Of a stretch of DNA of 64,000 nt, positions 35,889 to 45,424 are shown in pieces (position 1 is the stretch's first letter; every line of letters begins with the position of its first letter). The position numbers and the translations under genes are program-made. The DNA lies in IMG/VR virus record IMGVR_UViG_3300037067_004608, positions 59,840 to 123,839 of that record, one strand, 5' to 3'. A model generated the notes under the pieces. It searched no databases. It saw nothing but the letters and a program-made list of their open reading frames with translations, and was not told the DNA's origin. The stretch comes from a virus. Taxonomy: Duplodnaviria; Caudoviricetes.

Positions 35889-38116
35889 TGCAATTAATGA
35901 AACTCAGCATAGAAGGTCTATTCTCTTATCAAGAGAAGAGTTCATTATGGCTAGATAAGCCAGGGCTTATCCTAGTAGATGGAGAAGTAGATAATGATAA
36001 TGATAGCTCCAATGGAGCCGGAAAGACATCTATTATAGATGCAATATGCCTATGCTTATTCAAATGTACAACAAGAGGGACTGAGAATGACGATGTTGTC
36101 AATGATGAAATGGATTCTGGCTGGGCAGCATTGACATTCATAGCTGGTCAGGAATCTTATCAAGCTCAATATGAGAGAGATAAGAAACTAAGAAAGACAA
36201 TATGGAAAATATATCACAATCAAGAAGGAAGGCTTATTGATATAAGTGGTAGAGGCCAGGCTGAAACGCGAGAGATAATTCAATCAATAATAGGTGTTGA
36301 TTATAATACATTCTCTAACAGCGTTCTATTCGGCCAGGGCCTTGTTAGCCTATTCCTTGCTAAAGGAGAAGGTGACGCATCAAGGAAAAGATTGTTCACA
36401 CAGATACTTGATCTCGATGTTCTTGATGGAGCCTTACAAGAAACAAGAGACTCGATTAAGGAAATTGAGAAAAGGCAAACTGCACTAGAGCAGGAAAGAA
36501 AGACACTAGAAGACAAAATAGGTCTTGAGCCTGCTATAAAAATGGAGCATGGAGTTATTCAGGCTCAGATTGGAAGCATCAATAAACAGATAGCTTCTAT
36601 AAATGAAAATATAAAAGCTCTTGAGAAAGTAGCAGCTCTATTAGAAAAACAGACTTCTATAGCAGATAAAGTAGTAGCAGCAGAAGAAGCTGTAAAAGAT
36701 ATAGAAGAAAGAGAATCAGCAGAAGAAACTTCAAGGAGTCAAAGGCAGGCTAACTGTGATCAGGAAATAAAAACTGCAGAATGCCAGCTAGAAGAAATTG
36801 AGAAGGGAAGTGCTGATCTTGAAGGAGTGGAAGAACTTCTTAACAAGGTTGAAGAAGGTGAGAAGGCAAAAATCACCTTTGAAGCCAAATCCAGGGAACT
36901 TAACCATACGGTGGCAGTTGCGAAATCGGAGATCAAACAGAAAAGAAAAACAATAGCTGATATTAAAGAAATGGAGTCTCAGCTTGATAATTGTGACGGT
37001 AAAGACAATTGCCCTTATTGTGGTCAGAGTCTTGATGATGATAGCAGAAAAAGAGTCCATCAGAAAGTAGAAATGGAAGTTGCAGAGATAGAAGGGCAAA
37101 TCGATGATCTTAACTTTGAAGTTGAGACAGCAGAAAAGAGTCTTGAAGACTTACATAAAGAGTATGCCTACTTGTCTGATCTTCTACAAAATGGCAAAGC
37201 CAGAGTCGATCTAACAAATAGACAGCAGAAGATAAAGACAGCTATAGAAAGTAGAGGAGTATGGGAAGAGCAGATAAAGAGACTAAAGAAATCAAAAGAA
37301 TCAATAGATGCTGAATGTAAAGCAAATATTGATTCTTTAGAAACGAAGAAAAAATCTGCACAAGAAGAACTAGACAAGTCAAATAAAGAACTTGAGTCTA
37401 TTAACATAGAACTAAAGGGTGCATACATTCCTGAGAGTTCTAAGGAGCAACTTGAATCAGATCTCAGATCTTGTACAAAAGAGAGAGATAGGCAGAATAT
37501 TGCTCTTGGAATGAAGACACAAGTCCTTGGTGAAATAGAGAATGCTAAAATGGCAAGGGTAGAAGTAGTCAAATCTCTTGGGGAGATAGATCATTCTCTA
37601 AAACATGAAAGATTCATAGAAGAGATGTTCGGAGCAGATGGAATCAAGTCTCTAATAATAATGTCTGTAACTCCTCGATTAACAGATTTGGCTAATCGCT
37701 ATCTAGCAGAACTTTCTGATAGGCCAATATCTGTAGACTTTGTTACAAGTTATGAAGGCAAGACAAAGACAATTGAGGACTTCAAGATTCTTGTTACAAG
37801 AGGATTGAAGACATCTGATATTAAATCTTTCTCTGGCGGAGAAAGAAAGACAATAGAGTTCGCTGTTCACTTTGCAATAAGTGATATAGTAAGAGAAAAG
37901 TCTGGCTGTAATATAAGCACACTATTCCTAGACGAGCCATTCGATTCTCTTGATGAGAGTAAGATAAATAGATGTGTTAGACTCTTGCGAAGTCTAAATG
38001 AACAATTCCCTACGATCTTTGCTATGTGCCATATAGCCTATGCAAAGGAACAATTTGATAGGGTTATAACAGTAAAAAATGTAGGTGGGTGTTCCACAAT
38101 AATTAACGGAGAGTGA
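35888..38116 (+). CDS. sbcC: SbcC/Rad50 ATPase
   Basis: NGAGKT, Q-loop, CPYCGQ Zn hook, FSGGE, FLDEPF. Confidence 0.93.
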   Translation: MQLMKLSIEGLFSYQEKSSLWLDKPGLILVDGEVDNDNDSSNGAGKTSIIDAICLCLFKCTTRGTENDDVVNDEMDSGWAALTFIAGQESYQAQYERDKKLRKTIWKIYHNQEGRLIDISGRGQAETREIIQSIIGVDYNTFSNSVLFGQGLVSLFLAKGEGDASRKRLFTQILDLDVLDGALQETRDSIKEIEKRQTALEQERKTLEDKIGLEPAIKMEHGVIQAQIGSINKQIASINENIKALEKVAALLEKQTSIADKVVAAEEAVKDIEERESAEETSRSQRQANCDQEIKTAECQLEEIEKGSADLEGVEELLNKVEEGEKAKITFEAKSRELNHTVAVAKSEIKQKRKTIADIKEMESQLDNCDGKDNCPYCGQSLDDDSRKRVHQKVEMEVAEIEGQIDDLNFEVETAEKSLEDLHKEYAYLSDLLQNGKARVDLTNRQQKIKTAIESRGVWEEQIKRLKKSKESIDAECKANIDSLETKKKSAQEELDKSNKELESINIELKGAYIPESSKEQLESDLRSCTKERDRQNIALGMKTQVLGEIENAKMARVEVVKSLGEIDHSLKHERFIEEMFGADGIKSLIIMSVTPRLTDLANRYLAELSDRPISVDFVTSYEGKTKTIEDFKILVTRGLKTSDIKSFSGGERKTIEFAVHFAISDIVREKSGCNISTLFLDEPFDSLDESKINRCVRLLRSLNEQFPTIFAMCHIAYAKEQFDRVITVKNVGGCSTIINGE

Positions 38117-38724
38117 TGATGGATAGAATAGAAGTCTTTGAAAAAGAACTAAACTTAATATCAGAACCAAAGATCAGAGAACTCACAGAGTTTGCTCTCA
38201 AATCTACAGAAGCTAAGTTCTTCGTTGCTCCAGCATCAAGTAGTGGAAAGTATCACACTGTTGATTCAAGAACTGTTGGATCAATGGAAGGACTTAATAA
38301 TATCATAGTTCCTGGTGGACTAGTAAATCACACAAAGGATGTTGTCAAACTCGCATACGAAGGAATAGCCAAGCTATTCTGTGTAGATGATCTAATGATA
38401 GCAGAGAAGGATGCAATAATCTGTGCATCAATTCTACATGATATAACCAAATATGGTATACCGTGTAGACTACACACAATAGCAGAACATGGAGAACTTG
38501 CTGCTAAATGGCTAGAGAAGATAGCAGGAGATAAACTATCTTCTCTTGGAGAACATTGGGCAAATGTTCCAAATATAATACTTGAAGGAATAGCTCTCCA
38601 TATGGGTAGATGGGCACCAAGCAAGAATAAGCCTATCTTCGAGACAACAGGACTCATACACGAAGCAGACTATTGGGCTAGTAGAAAGTTCATAAAGATT
38701 GATCGGAATAACGATGGAAGATAA
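38113..38724 (+). CDS. HD-domain phosphohydrolase
   Basis: APASSSGKYH, GGLVNHT, LHDITK, HMGRW, HEADY. Confidence 0.87.
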   Translation: MMMDRIEVFEKELNLISEPKIRELTEFALKSTEAKFFVAPASSSGKYHTVDSRTVGSMEGLNNIIVPGGLVNHTKDVVKLAYEGIAKLFCVDDLMIAEKDAIICASILHDITKYGIPCRLHTIAEHGELAAKWLEKIAGDKLSSLGEHWANVPNIILEGIALHMGRWAPSKNKPIFETTGLIHEADYWASRKFIKIDRNNDGR

Positions 38725-39208
38725 GTCATTAGAATCTATTATTGATACTGTGAATTCTGGTAGATTCGACACAGCAACTGATGCTGTAAAGTTTCTTCTT
38801 CTTGATGAGAACCCTGCAAAGATAAGAGACATAGAATATAAATATGTTATAGCAGGAAGTCATCAGCAATTTGAATATTGGAGAAATCATTGGAAGATAC
38901 CTCGTGATAAAATAAAATACATAGGTGATACTTATCATATACGAGGAATAAACTTATTTAAGTCATATATCTTCTTTTGGGGATTGTGGTATGAAAGCCC
39001 TGTGCTAGAGCATGAAAGAGAATATCTTGAGTTCGCATGTTCTATGATAGCTCATTATTCTCTTGGAGCTAGTGTCAAACTTGATTATGAGTTTCTCACA
39101 TTCTGTGCTAGATATAACATACAAGTCTCTGAAGAGAGTGTGGTTTGTTACTTTGCTAGACATTCAAATCCAAATGAGGAATTGACAAATGTCAAAGACT
39201 ACAAATAA
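38714..39208 (+). CDS. Hypothetical protein
   Basis: Operon tiling. Confidence 0.55.
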   Translation: MEDKSLESIIDTVNSGRFDTATDAVKFLLLDENPAKIRDIEYKYVIAGSHQQFEYWRNHWKIPRDKIKYIGDTYHIRGINLFKSYIFFWGLWYESPVLEHEREYLEFACSMIAHYSLGASVKLDYEFLTFCARYNIQVSEESVVCYFARHSNPNEELTNVKDYK

Positions 39209-39530
39209 CTTCACATGTCCATTCTATATGACTTGTGATGAGATATGTGACGTAGTATCAGATGATTTCCTATCATCATCTAAATTACTTGATGAGTATC
39301 AAGTAGCACTTATGAATGGAGAGAATCCTGATAGGCAATCATTTATAGATCGCTGTCCTGAAAGTGAGAGGCAAGACTTTGATGAGCTTCTTAAAGTTTC
39401 TGACTCTCTACATGTCTATTATAGCACACAAGTGAGCCAAGAAACTGTAGACAAAGCAATTGCAAGAATAAAAGAGATCAGAGACGCTAATAAGGTTAAT
39501 TCAGTAGAATCGGTAGGAAAACGAGAGTGA
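39189..39530 (+). CDS. Hypothetical protein
   Basis: GAGGA RBS; its TGA stop lies inside element copy 4. Confidence 0.6.
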   Translation: MSKTTNNFTCPFYMTCDEICDVVSDDFLSSSKLLDEYQVALMNGENPDRQSFIDRCPESERQDFDELLKVSDSLHVYYSTQVSQETVDKAIARIKEIRDANKVNSVESVGKRE

Positions 39531-39566
39531 ATTCACGCGATTGCAAGGGGTTTGCAATAAGACGAA
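39527..39566 (+). repeat. Dispersed element copy 4
   Basis: GTGAATTCACGCGATTGCA then degenerate AAGACGAA. Confidence 0.88.
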
Positions 39567-39680
39567 TAGTTTTACTCGTAAACGAGGGTAAAATCGTCTT
39601 TCACGCTTGCAAGCAGATGGAACGCGAATTAGCGGTTTATAGGCGTAAAAGAATAGTAGAAACTCGTGAAAGGAGACGAT

Positions 39681-40088
39681 ATGCAGACTTTTCTTCCATA
39701 TCCTGACTTTAAGAAGTCAGCAGATGTGCTAGACTATCGCCGACTTGGAAAGCAACGAGTAGAAGCTAAAGAGATTCTTGATATCCTCAGAGGTAAAGAC
39801 AGCTCTTGGAAGAATCACCCAGCTGTTAAAATGTGGATTGGATATGAAGATGCACTAATCCTCTATATGAACACTATGATAGAGGAATGGAAAGCGAGAG
39901 GCTATAACAACACAATGGAGATTCTTGATTGCAAAGAAGATCCAGAAATGCCTTTGTGGATTGGCAAAGATGAGTTCCATATCTCTCACCAATCTAATCT
40001 TGTAAGAAAGTATCCAGAATATTATGAAGTTTTCTTTCCGGGTGTAAGCCCAGATATTCCATACTATTGGCCATCTCACCATGTTTGA
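39681..40088 (+). CDS. Pyrimidine-dimer glycosylase-like protein (MSMEG_6728 family)
   Basis: MQTFLPY.DF..SA..LD.RRLGKQRVE...W.NHPAVKMW.GY...HQSNL.RK...Y.WP. Confidence 0.88.
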   Translation: MQTFLPYPDFKKSADVLDYRRLGKQRVEAKEILDILRGKDSSWKNHPAVKMWIGYEDALILYMNTMIEEWKARGYNNTMEILDCKEDPEMPLWIGKDEFHISHQSNLVRKYPEYYEVFFPGVSPDIPYYWPSHHV

Positions 40089-40287
40089 TGATAAAGATAT
40101 TGATCTTTATATAAGAGCTATACAAGGAGATCAAGAAGCTAAAGATGAGCTTAGATTTCAGATCGAGAAAAGCATACTTAGATCTGATGAGCTTGCAGAA
40201 GCTCACAATGAACAAATAAGAATTGATCTCATTGCTATGCAGGCATTCGGCCTTTATACTGGAGATCAGGAAGTTTTCGACCTATGA
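40081..40287 (+). CDS. Hypothetical protein
   Basis: Operon tiling. Confidence 0.5.
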   Translation: MFDDKDIDLYIRAIQGDQEAKDELRFQIEKSILRSDELAEAHNEQIRIDLIAMQAFGLYTGDQEVFDL

Positions 40288-40607
40288 CAGATATAACAGA
40301 TTCAATAGTTATTGAGAAACACACAGCAGTTGGAAAGAGCGAATTGCTGCTTAATCAAGGTGTATTCTGGCATATGTCAACAAACTGGAACACTGGCAAA
40401 AGCATGTTATATGTCAAGGATAGAGAAGACAATATAATGTTATTCTCAACACCTTGGTTTATAGAACAAGATCTTCAGTTCTATACAGAAATTACACGAC
40501 GTGTAATAAATATGTTCAACGCTGCTTTGCGTAAGGAGACACTAGATGTCCAAATACAAACTTCCAGGCCACCTGGCCAAAAAGAAGTTACTCAACAAGT
40601 CATATAG
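40284..40607 (+). CDS. Hypothetical protein
   Basis: ATGA overlap. Confidence 0.5.
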   Translation: MTDITDSIVIEKHTAVGKSELLLNQGVFWHMSTNWNTGKSMLYVKDREDNIMLFSTPWFIEQDLQFYTEITRRVINMFNAALRKETLDVQIQTSRPPGQKEVTQQVI

Positions 40608-40872
40608 AAAAAAGGTATATGAAAGTGTTGAAAAACTTCTAAGAGATTTAATTCTTGATCCAGAGTTTCCTCTTGTTGAAGTAGAAGGCTGTGTAGAGCA
40701 GGGAATTACAAAATCATTTGATACATTTCCTGCTACTGACTCTAGCATATCCCCGAACGGAACATTCACTCTAACATTGAAGATCAATGGAGGAGCACAG
40801 AACATAGAAGAAAATGAATCAATAATATTAGTAAAGCCGAAAGGGTTATTCAATGGACATAAGAAATGTTGA
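40546..40872 (+). CDS. Hypothetical protein
   Basis: AAGGAG RBS. Confidence 0.55.
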   Translation: MSKYKLPGHLAKKKLLNKSYRKKVYESVEKLLRDLILDPEFPLVEVEGCVEQGITKSFDTFPATDSSISPNGTFTLTLKINGGAQNIEENESIILVKPKGLFNGHKKC

Positions 40873-41473
40873 AATAATAAGTTATACTCCTAATCCAGAG
40901 GAGCTGATTGAAAGGGCTGGAAGAATATGCCACCAATCAGATATAAACAGTGACACAAGAGAAAAGTTCATCAAAAATGTTCTGATAAAACGTGAGCACT
41001 TTAGTGTTCTTGAACACGCATCAGTAACATTTCAATTGACAAATATGTCAAGGGCATGCAGCCACCAACTAGTCAGGCACAGGATTGCATCTTATTCTCA
41101 GAGAAGTCAAAGGTATACAAAAATTGTAAAGCCAGAAGATTTTGTTATACCTGATAGTATAACTGATCCTGCTATAAGAAATGAATTTACATATATGTAT
41201 GGAGAATCCCTTGGTATGTATCATAGACTTCTTGGAAAAGGAGTCAAGCCTGAAGACGCAAGATACATACTACCAGCAGGAACTATAACAAGCATCATAA
41301 TGACAATGAACTTTTCATCTCTAAGGCACTTCTTCAAGATGAGACTAGCAAAGAAAGCCCAGCAAGAGATAAGAAGTTATGCCGAAGAAATGCTTAGACA
41401 AGTGTTAGAAATAGCTCCTGCAGTGTTCACAGACATTGATGAAGGATACAAAAATGATAAGAAATGGTGGTAG
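40853..41473 (+). CDS. thyX: FAD-dependent thymidylate synthase (canonical)
   Basis: HFSVLEHA, SRACSHQLVRHRIASYSQRSQRY, EDARYILP, R....AQ.EIR. Confidence 0.95.
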   Translation: MDIRNVEIISYTPNPEELIERAGRICHQSDINSDTREKFIKNVLIKREHFSVLEHASVTFQLTNMSRACSHQLVRHRIASYSQRSQRYTKIVKPEDFVIPDSITDPAIRNEFTYMYGESLGMYHRLLGKGVKPEDARYILPAGTITSIIMTMNFSSLRHFFKMRLAKKAQQEIRSYAEEMLRQVLEIAPAVFTDIDEGYKNDKKWW

Positions 41474-41491
41474 GAGACAATAGGAGATAGC

Positions 41492-41860
41492 ATGGAAGTT
41501 CCGAGTAGCTGGATGGAACGAGTAGGGTTCCGTCAATATGGAGTTGATTCAATAGTAGCATCAGAGGTTGTTTTCCCGCCAAAGTTGCTATTAGTTATGC
41601 AAGAATGGAGGGACTCATATAGAAGTGTATTTGAAACACTAATGTTGATAACAAATTGTGGTCAATATGGAATACTAATAACTGGACCAGAACTTCATAA
41701 AGTAGCAAAGGTATCTGTTCCAGCAGTATTCATAGCTACAAAGTTCCTGGAAGAACAGCAATGGGTTATAAAAGAGAAGAACAATGCTCCTGGTAACCCA
41801 AATATATACTTCGTTAACACAGACAAGATAAAAGAGTATGCTGGAGATGCAAAAGTATGA
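41492..41860 (+). CDS. Winged-helix DNA-binding protein
   Basis: ELHKVAKVSVPAV..ATKFLEEQQWVIK...NIYFVN. Confidence 0.65.
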   Translation: MEVPSSWMERVGFRQYGVDSIVASEVVFPPKLLLVMQEWRDSYRSVFETLMLITNCGQYGILITGPELHKVAKVSVPAVFIATKFLEEQQWVIKEKNNAPGNPNIYFVNTDKIKEYAGDAKV

Positions 41861-42426
41861 TAGATGAAGAAAAACCGATGCTCTTTGCTGGGTGTGATCC
41901 TGGAGTATATAGCACAACAGTTGCAATTATAGATAGCTGCTGCAATCTTATAGAATGGCTTCAGATATACGAATCTGAAGCTGACTATCCAAGGACTGCA
42001 AAGGCAAATAGAAAGAAGGGTCAAAGATTCTTTGATCCAATTCCCGAAAAGATAGCAGATGATCACTACAAATTCATGATAGGAATATTCTCAAAATATG
42101 ACCTACAAGGAATAGCAACTGAGAAGATGGAGTGGTCTGCTAGTCATTCAGATACACAAGGCTGGGTTCATCACAATAGAGGAATAATGCACGCTTATTG
42201 TATTTCTCAAGAATGTCCTTTCCATATGATAAACCCACAGCAGATAAAGAAGACAGTAACAGGAAAGGGGAATGCAAGCAAAGATGAAGTTGTATACTCG
42301 ATATACAAAAGATATGAAGATAGATTCCCCTCCTATAAGTTCTTGTCAGACAACAACCACATTGCTGACTCAATTGGTGCAGCAATACACCTAGTAAGAC
42401 AGCAGTTAGGATATTTGGAGGAATAA
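41857..42426 (+). CDS. ruvC: RuvC-like Holliday junction resolvase
   Basis: GCDPG, ATE, PQQIKKTVTGKGNASKDEV, HIADSIG. Confidence 0.88.
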   Translation: MIDEEKPMLFAGCDPGVYSTTVAIIDSCCNLIEWLQIYESEADYPRTAKANRKKGQRFFDPIPEKIADDHYKFMIGIFSKYDLQGIATEKMEWSASHSDTQGWVHHNRGIMHAYCISQECPFHMINPQQIKKTVTGKGNASKDEVVYSIYKRYEDRFPSYKFLSDNNHIADSIGAAIHLVRQQLGYLEE

Positions 42427-42999
42427 ATGCTAGAACTTAGAAGTTCACTTAGAGACTACAACAAGGCTTTGACACATGCCATAGACTCGATAGACTGCGT
42501 TCTACTTGAGGATGTAATAGAACTACTTCGAGAGAATATTGTCTGTGAGAGCATATTTATCATAGGCAATGGTGGAAATGCTTCTACAGCATCTCACATT
42601 GCCTGTGATTTACAGAAGGGACTGTGGCAAAATATTGAAACATCTTGGTCGAATGTTTCTTCACTATCAGACAATATTGCCTTATTCACAGCATGGGCAA
42701 ATGACTATGATTTTGAGAGTGTATATAGCAGACAACTAGAACAAATAGCAACTGAAGGCGACATACTTATTGCTCTAAGTGCTAGTGGAAACTCTCACAA
42801 TATAGTCCACGCCGTTGGCCAAGCCATTCTTATGAATATTGATACAATAGGAATATCTGGATTCAATAGCACTCCTTTATCTAGGAAAGTGAAATATCCA
42901 ATAATCATAGAATCAGAAGATATGCAGATAATTGAAGATGCTACTTTGATTATTGGACATTTTATATTCAAGGAGTTGTCAAGAAGAATTGCACAATGA
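42427..42999 (+). CDS. gmhA: Phosphoheptose isomerase (SIS)
   Basis: IGNGGNASTASHIACDL, TAWAND, GDILIALSASGNS.N, QIIED. Confidence 0.88.
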   Translation: MLELRSSLRDYNKALTHAIDSIDCVLLEDVIELLRENIVCESIFIIGNGGNASTASHIACDLQKGLWQNIETSWSNVSSLSDNIALFTAWANDYDFESVYSRQLEQIATEGDILIALSASGNSHNIVHAVGQAILMNIDTIGISGFNSTPLSRKVKYPIIIESEDMQIIEDATLIIGHFIFKELSRRIAQ

Positions 43000-43056
43000 T
43001 GAATAGAAAATGAAAATAGCGTCTATTCCTCTTAAACCTAGAAAACGTATAAATAG

Positions 43057-43097
43057 GCGGCCTAACCGATAGAAGGGGTGCAATCGCGTGAATTCAC
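43057..43097 (-). repeat. Dispersed element copy 5 (contains perfect 16-bp palindrome CGCGTGAATTCACGCG)
   Basis: Reverse strand reads GTGAATTCACGCGATTGCA-N14-TAGGCCGC. Confidence 0.9.
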
Positions 43098-43152
43098 GCG
43101 TTAAAAGTGTATCCAAACGAGCTTAGAGGTAAGCGGGAGAGATCGGGAAACG

Positions 43153-43188
43153 AGAAAACCCTGGAGGGCATAATCTCCAGGGTTTTCT
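43153..43188. terminator. Bidirectional terminator between convergent arms
   Basis: AGAAAACCCTGGAG/CTCCAGGGTTTTCT with A and T tracts. Confidence 0.75.
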
Positions 43189-43204
43189 TGTCCAGGTAGG
43201 CAGG

Positions 43205-43543
43205 TCAGAGCTTATTAGATCGCAGAAGAGCAGTTGTTTGCTGTTGCAATCCTAGTGCGTCTTTTGTAGCAGCCCAAGCTACTAAAAGAAGTGGGCCAAT
43301 AGCAATTGCTTGCCCTGCTATCTTTGCAGCTATAAGCGTAGTTGCCAATGCACATATATGTACTACAACTACAGTAGTAAAGCCCGACAAGACTTTCTTC
43401 GGATAGACATACTGTGCAAATCCCTTAACCAAAGGGACCAAGATAAGTTTCAGAAACGTTCCTAGTCCAGCAACAGTCAAAAGGACTTGCACATTTGGAT
43501 CTGCTATGAACTTTAGAAACGCTTCCCACCAATTAGCATCCAC
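43205..43543 (-). CDS. Holin-like membrane protein
   Basis: About 3 TM segments; AGGAGGTGATC RBS. Confidence 0.6.
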   Translation of the reverse strand: MDANWWEAFLKFIADPNVQVLLTVAGLGTFLKLILVPLVKGFAQYVYPKKVLSGFTTVVVVHICALATTLIAAKIAGQAIAIGPLLLVAWAATKDALGLQQQTTALLRSNKL

Positions 43544-43573
43544 TGGTGATCACCTCCTGTCACAAAATAGGGA

Positions 43574-43609
43574 CTATCCGCCTCCACCTTTCTTTTTCTT
43601 ACAGCCCAT
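43574..43609 (-). CDS. Micro-ORF MGCKKKKGGGG
   Basis: TAAGGAGGTGATC (13-nt anti-SD complement) ending 3 nt before ATG; fills the intergenic gap. Confidence 0.5.
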   Translation of the reverse strand: MGCKKKKGGGG

Positions 43610-43622
43610 CTGGATCACCTCC

Positions 43623-43901
43623 TTAGAGCTTCATTGCAACAACAACTGGCAGAAGATCGAGAACAGCATCAATCAATAGAGCAATCTGATGCTGTGCCTC
43701 CTCTCCCTGGGCCTCAAGCTGTACAATAAATGGAGCAAGCTCTGAATACCTTGGATCATTTTCGAGCTTGTCGAAGAATCCATCGAGATCAAGTTTGGCC
43801 TCAATGTCTTCAGGAGTTACATCGGTTGCAATTTGCGAGAGTTTTGCAACAATCACAGGCTTGAGAATAGCGAGCATAACATCCTTAATAGAAGATGCCA
43901 T
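43623..43901 (-). CDS. Hypothetical protein
   Basis: AGGAGGT RBS. Confidence 0.65.
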   Translation of the reverse strand: MASSIKDVMLAILKPVIVAKLSQIATDVTPEDIEAKLDLDGFFDKLENDPRYSELAPFIVQLEAQGEEAQHQIALLIDAVLDLLPVVVAMKL

Positions 43902-43906
43902 TTGGC

Positions 43907-44320
43907 TTAACCTCCTTTCTGTATTCGTTCTAGCTCTTTAACACGAACTTCAAGTTTTTCTCTTTCTGACTCAAGGAAAGTGTTCTGTTTAGTGAGTCTG
44001 TTTATCTCTCTAGCTTGCTCCTCATTTTTACCTCGTAGCCTAGTAACATCTTCCTCAAGATCAAGTTTCTCTTTTCTGAGACGGTCCACATCGTTGCGAA
44101 GATCAGCAACTTCTTGGCGAAGGTCTTTTATTGTATCGTGCAGTTCAGCTCTAAAGTTAGATGTAGCATCATTAAACTCCTTCTGCCAATCTAGTTCTAA
44201 CTTCTTCTCATCAGTATCAGACTGCCTAGACGCTTTATATCTAACTATTGCAAAATTGAGGACTTGCGAGACGATTCCTCCGACAACTCCTCCAACAGCA
44301 ACCAATTCAGCAGCAGTCAT
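43907..44320 (-). CDS. TM-anchored coiled-coil protein (lysis-associated candidate)
   Basis: N-terminal TM plus long heptad repeat. Confidence 0.65.
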   Translation of the reverse strand: MTAAELVAVGGVVGGIVSQVLNFAIVRYKASRQSDTDEKKLELDWQKEFNDATSNFRAELHDTIKDLRQEVADLRNDVDRLRKEKLDLEEDVTRLRGKNEEQAREINRLTKQNTFLESEREKLEVRVKELERIQKGG

Positions 44321-44375
44321 AAACGGTCTCCAAAAATAAGCTATTATTATATACTACAAAACAGCACACCAGCAA

Positions 44376-44561
44376 TTACGTATTGCGAGGGAGTATTTGA
44401 CCAGTTAGAGGTCTTGCTGCACCACTAGTTACTCTAACACCAATATCAACTGTGCGTACTGTTTGTATCAAAAATGCATAGTTTAACTCTGCGCCAATCT
44501 TTCCTCTTGTGTATTTTGGTGTCTTATTTGCAGAATCATTACCGTCGCATTTATATGCCAC
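44376..44561 (-). CDS. Small tail-associated protein candidate
   Basis: Stop/start overlap; C-term RPLTGQILPR. Confidence 0.5.
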   Translation of the reverse strand: MAYKCDGNDSANKTPKYTRGKIGAELNYAFLIQTVRTVDIGVRVTSGAARPLTGQILPRNT

Positions 44562-45424
44562 TATTCACACCTCACCATCATATTACAGTTTGTAACTGCA
44601 TTAACTGCAGTTCCTAAAGATTCAACAATAATATAAACATGGTTAGACCCATATAGACTTATTGTTATAAAAGTTCCTACACCAACCATCTCTGTAGTAA
44701 CATATACAAGTCCACCAAGATCAGGATTTCCTGCATACCCTCTATTTGGATAAACAGGAAAGAATCCTATATTCTCATTATATGTAGATCCAACAGAAGT
44801 TAGTGCACATTGAATACGTGTTGGTGCAGAAGGATATTTAACAGCACTAGCTGGTAATGTCTGTGATGCTGATGATTGATATCTTGAAGCAGAATCAAAA
44901 GCAGAAACAATATTTACACCCTCAGCATTTGGAGTCCCGTCAGAGTCCTTAAATCTCTCTATCCAAAATACATTTGCATTTGATGACGATCCAAGCCATA
45001 ATGCTAAATTGATTCTTCCTCCATCACTACTTATATATGAAGGATATTCTGTTGCAGAACCAGCAGAAGAGGCTATATAGAAATATGACGATACATTTCC
45101 TGTAAGAGTCCCAGCTCCATCTGATGCGCTACCAACTGTTATTCTTATTCCTGGTCTTTGGTTACTTGTTGAAGATGACCCATACTCCAGTTTTACTATA
45201 ACAGGATTTGTAGCTTGTAAACCATCTGTAAACTGTCGTATTTCATATCCCATTATTTCATTTGCAGTTGTTGGTGCAAGAACAGTTACCCAATCTATTT
45301 GTCCTGTATCTGCAGTTTTTGTAAATCCGAGAGCTTCCATAGCAGCTGTTATTTTACTTCCCCAAAGACGGAAAGCAGCATCAGTTACTTGATACGGTGC
45401 AGACATTACAAGTTGATAAGACAT
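44561..45424 (-). CDS. Virion protein paralog 3 of 3
   Basis: FRLWG...GFTKTADTGQIDW..V shared with neighbours. Confidence 0.75.
   Translation of the reverse strand: MSYQLVMSAPYQVTDAAFRLWGSKITAAMEALGFTKTADTGQIDWVTVLAPTTANEIMGYEIRQFTDGLQATNPVIVKLEYGSSSTSNQRPGIRITVGSASDGAGTLTGNVSSYFYIASSAGSATEYPSYISSDGGRINLALWLGSSSNANVFWIERFKDSDGTPNAEGVNIVSAFDSASRYQSSASQTLPASAVKYPSAPTRIQCALTSVGSTYNENIGFFPVYPNRGYAGNPDLGGLVYVTTEMVGVGTFITISLYGSNHVYIIVESLGTAVNAVTNCNMMVRCE

Noticed and set aside
207-42385. Many short minus-strand ORFs in the left arm (and plus-strand ORFs in the right arm)
   Set aside because: Antisense shadows of well-supported genes with no RBS or motifs.
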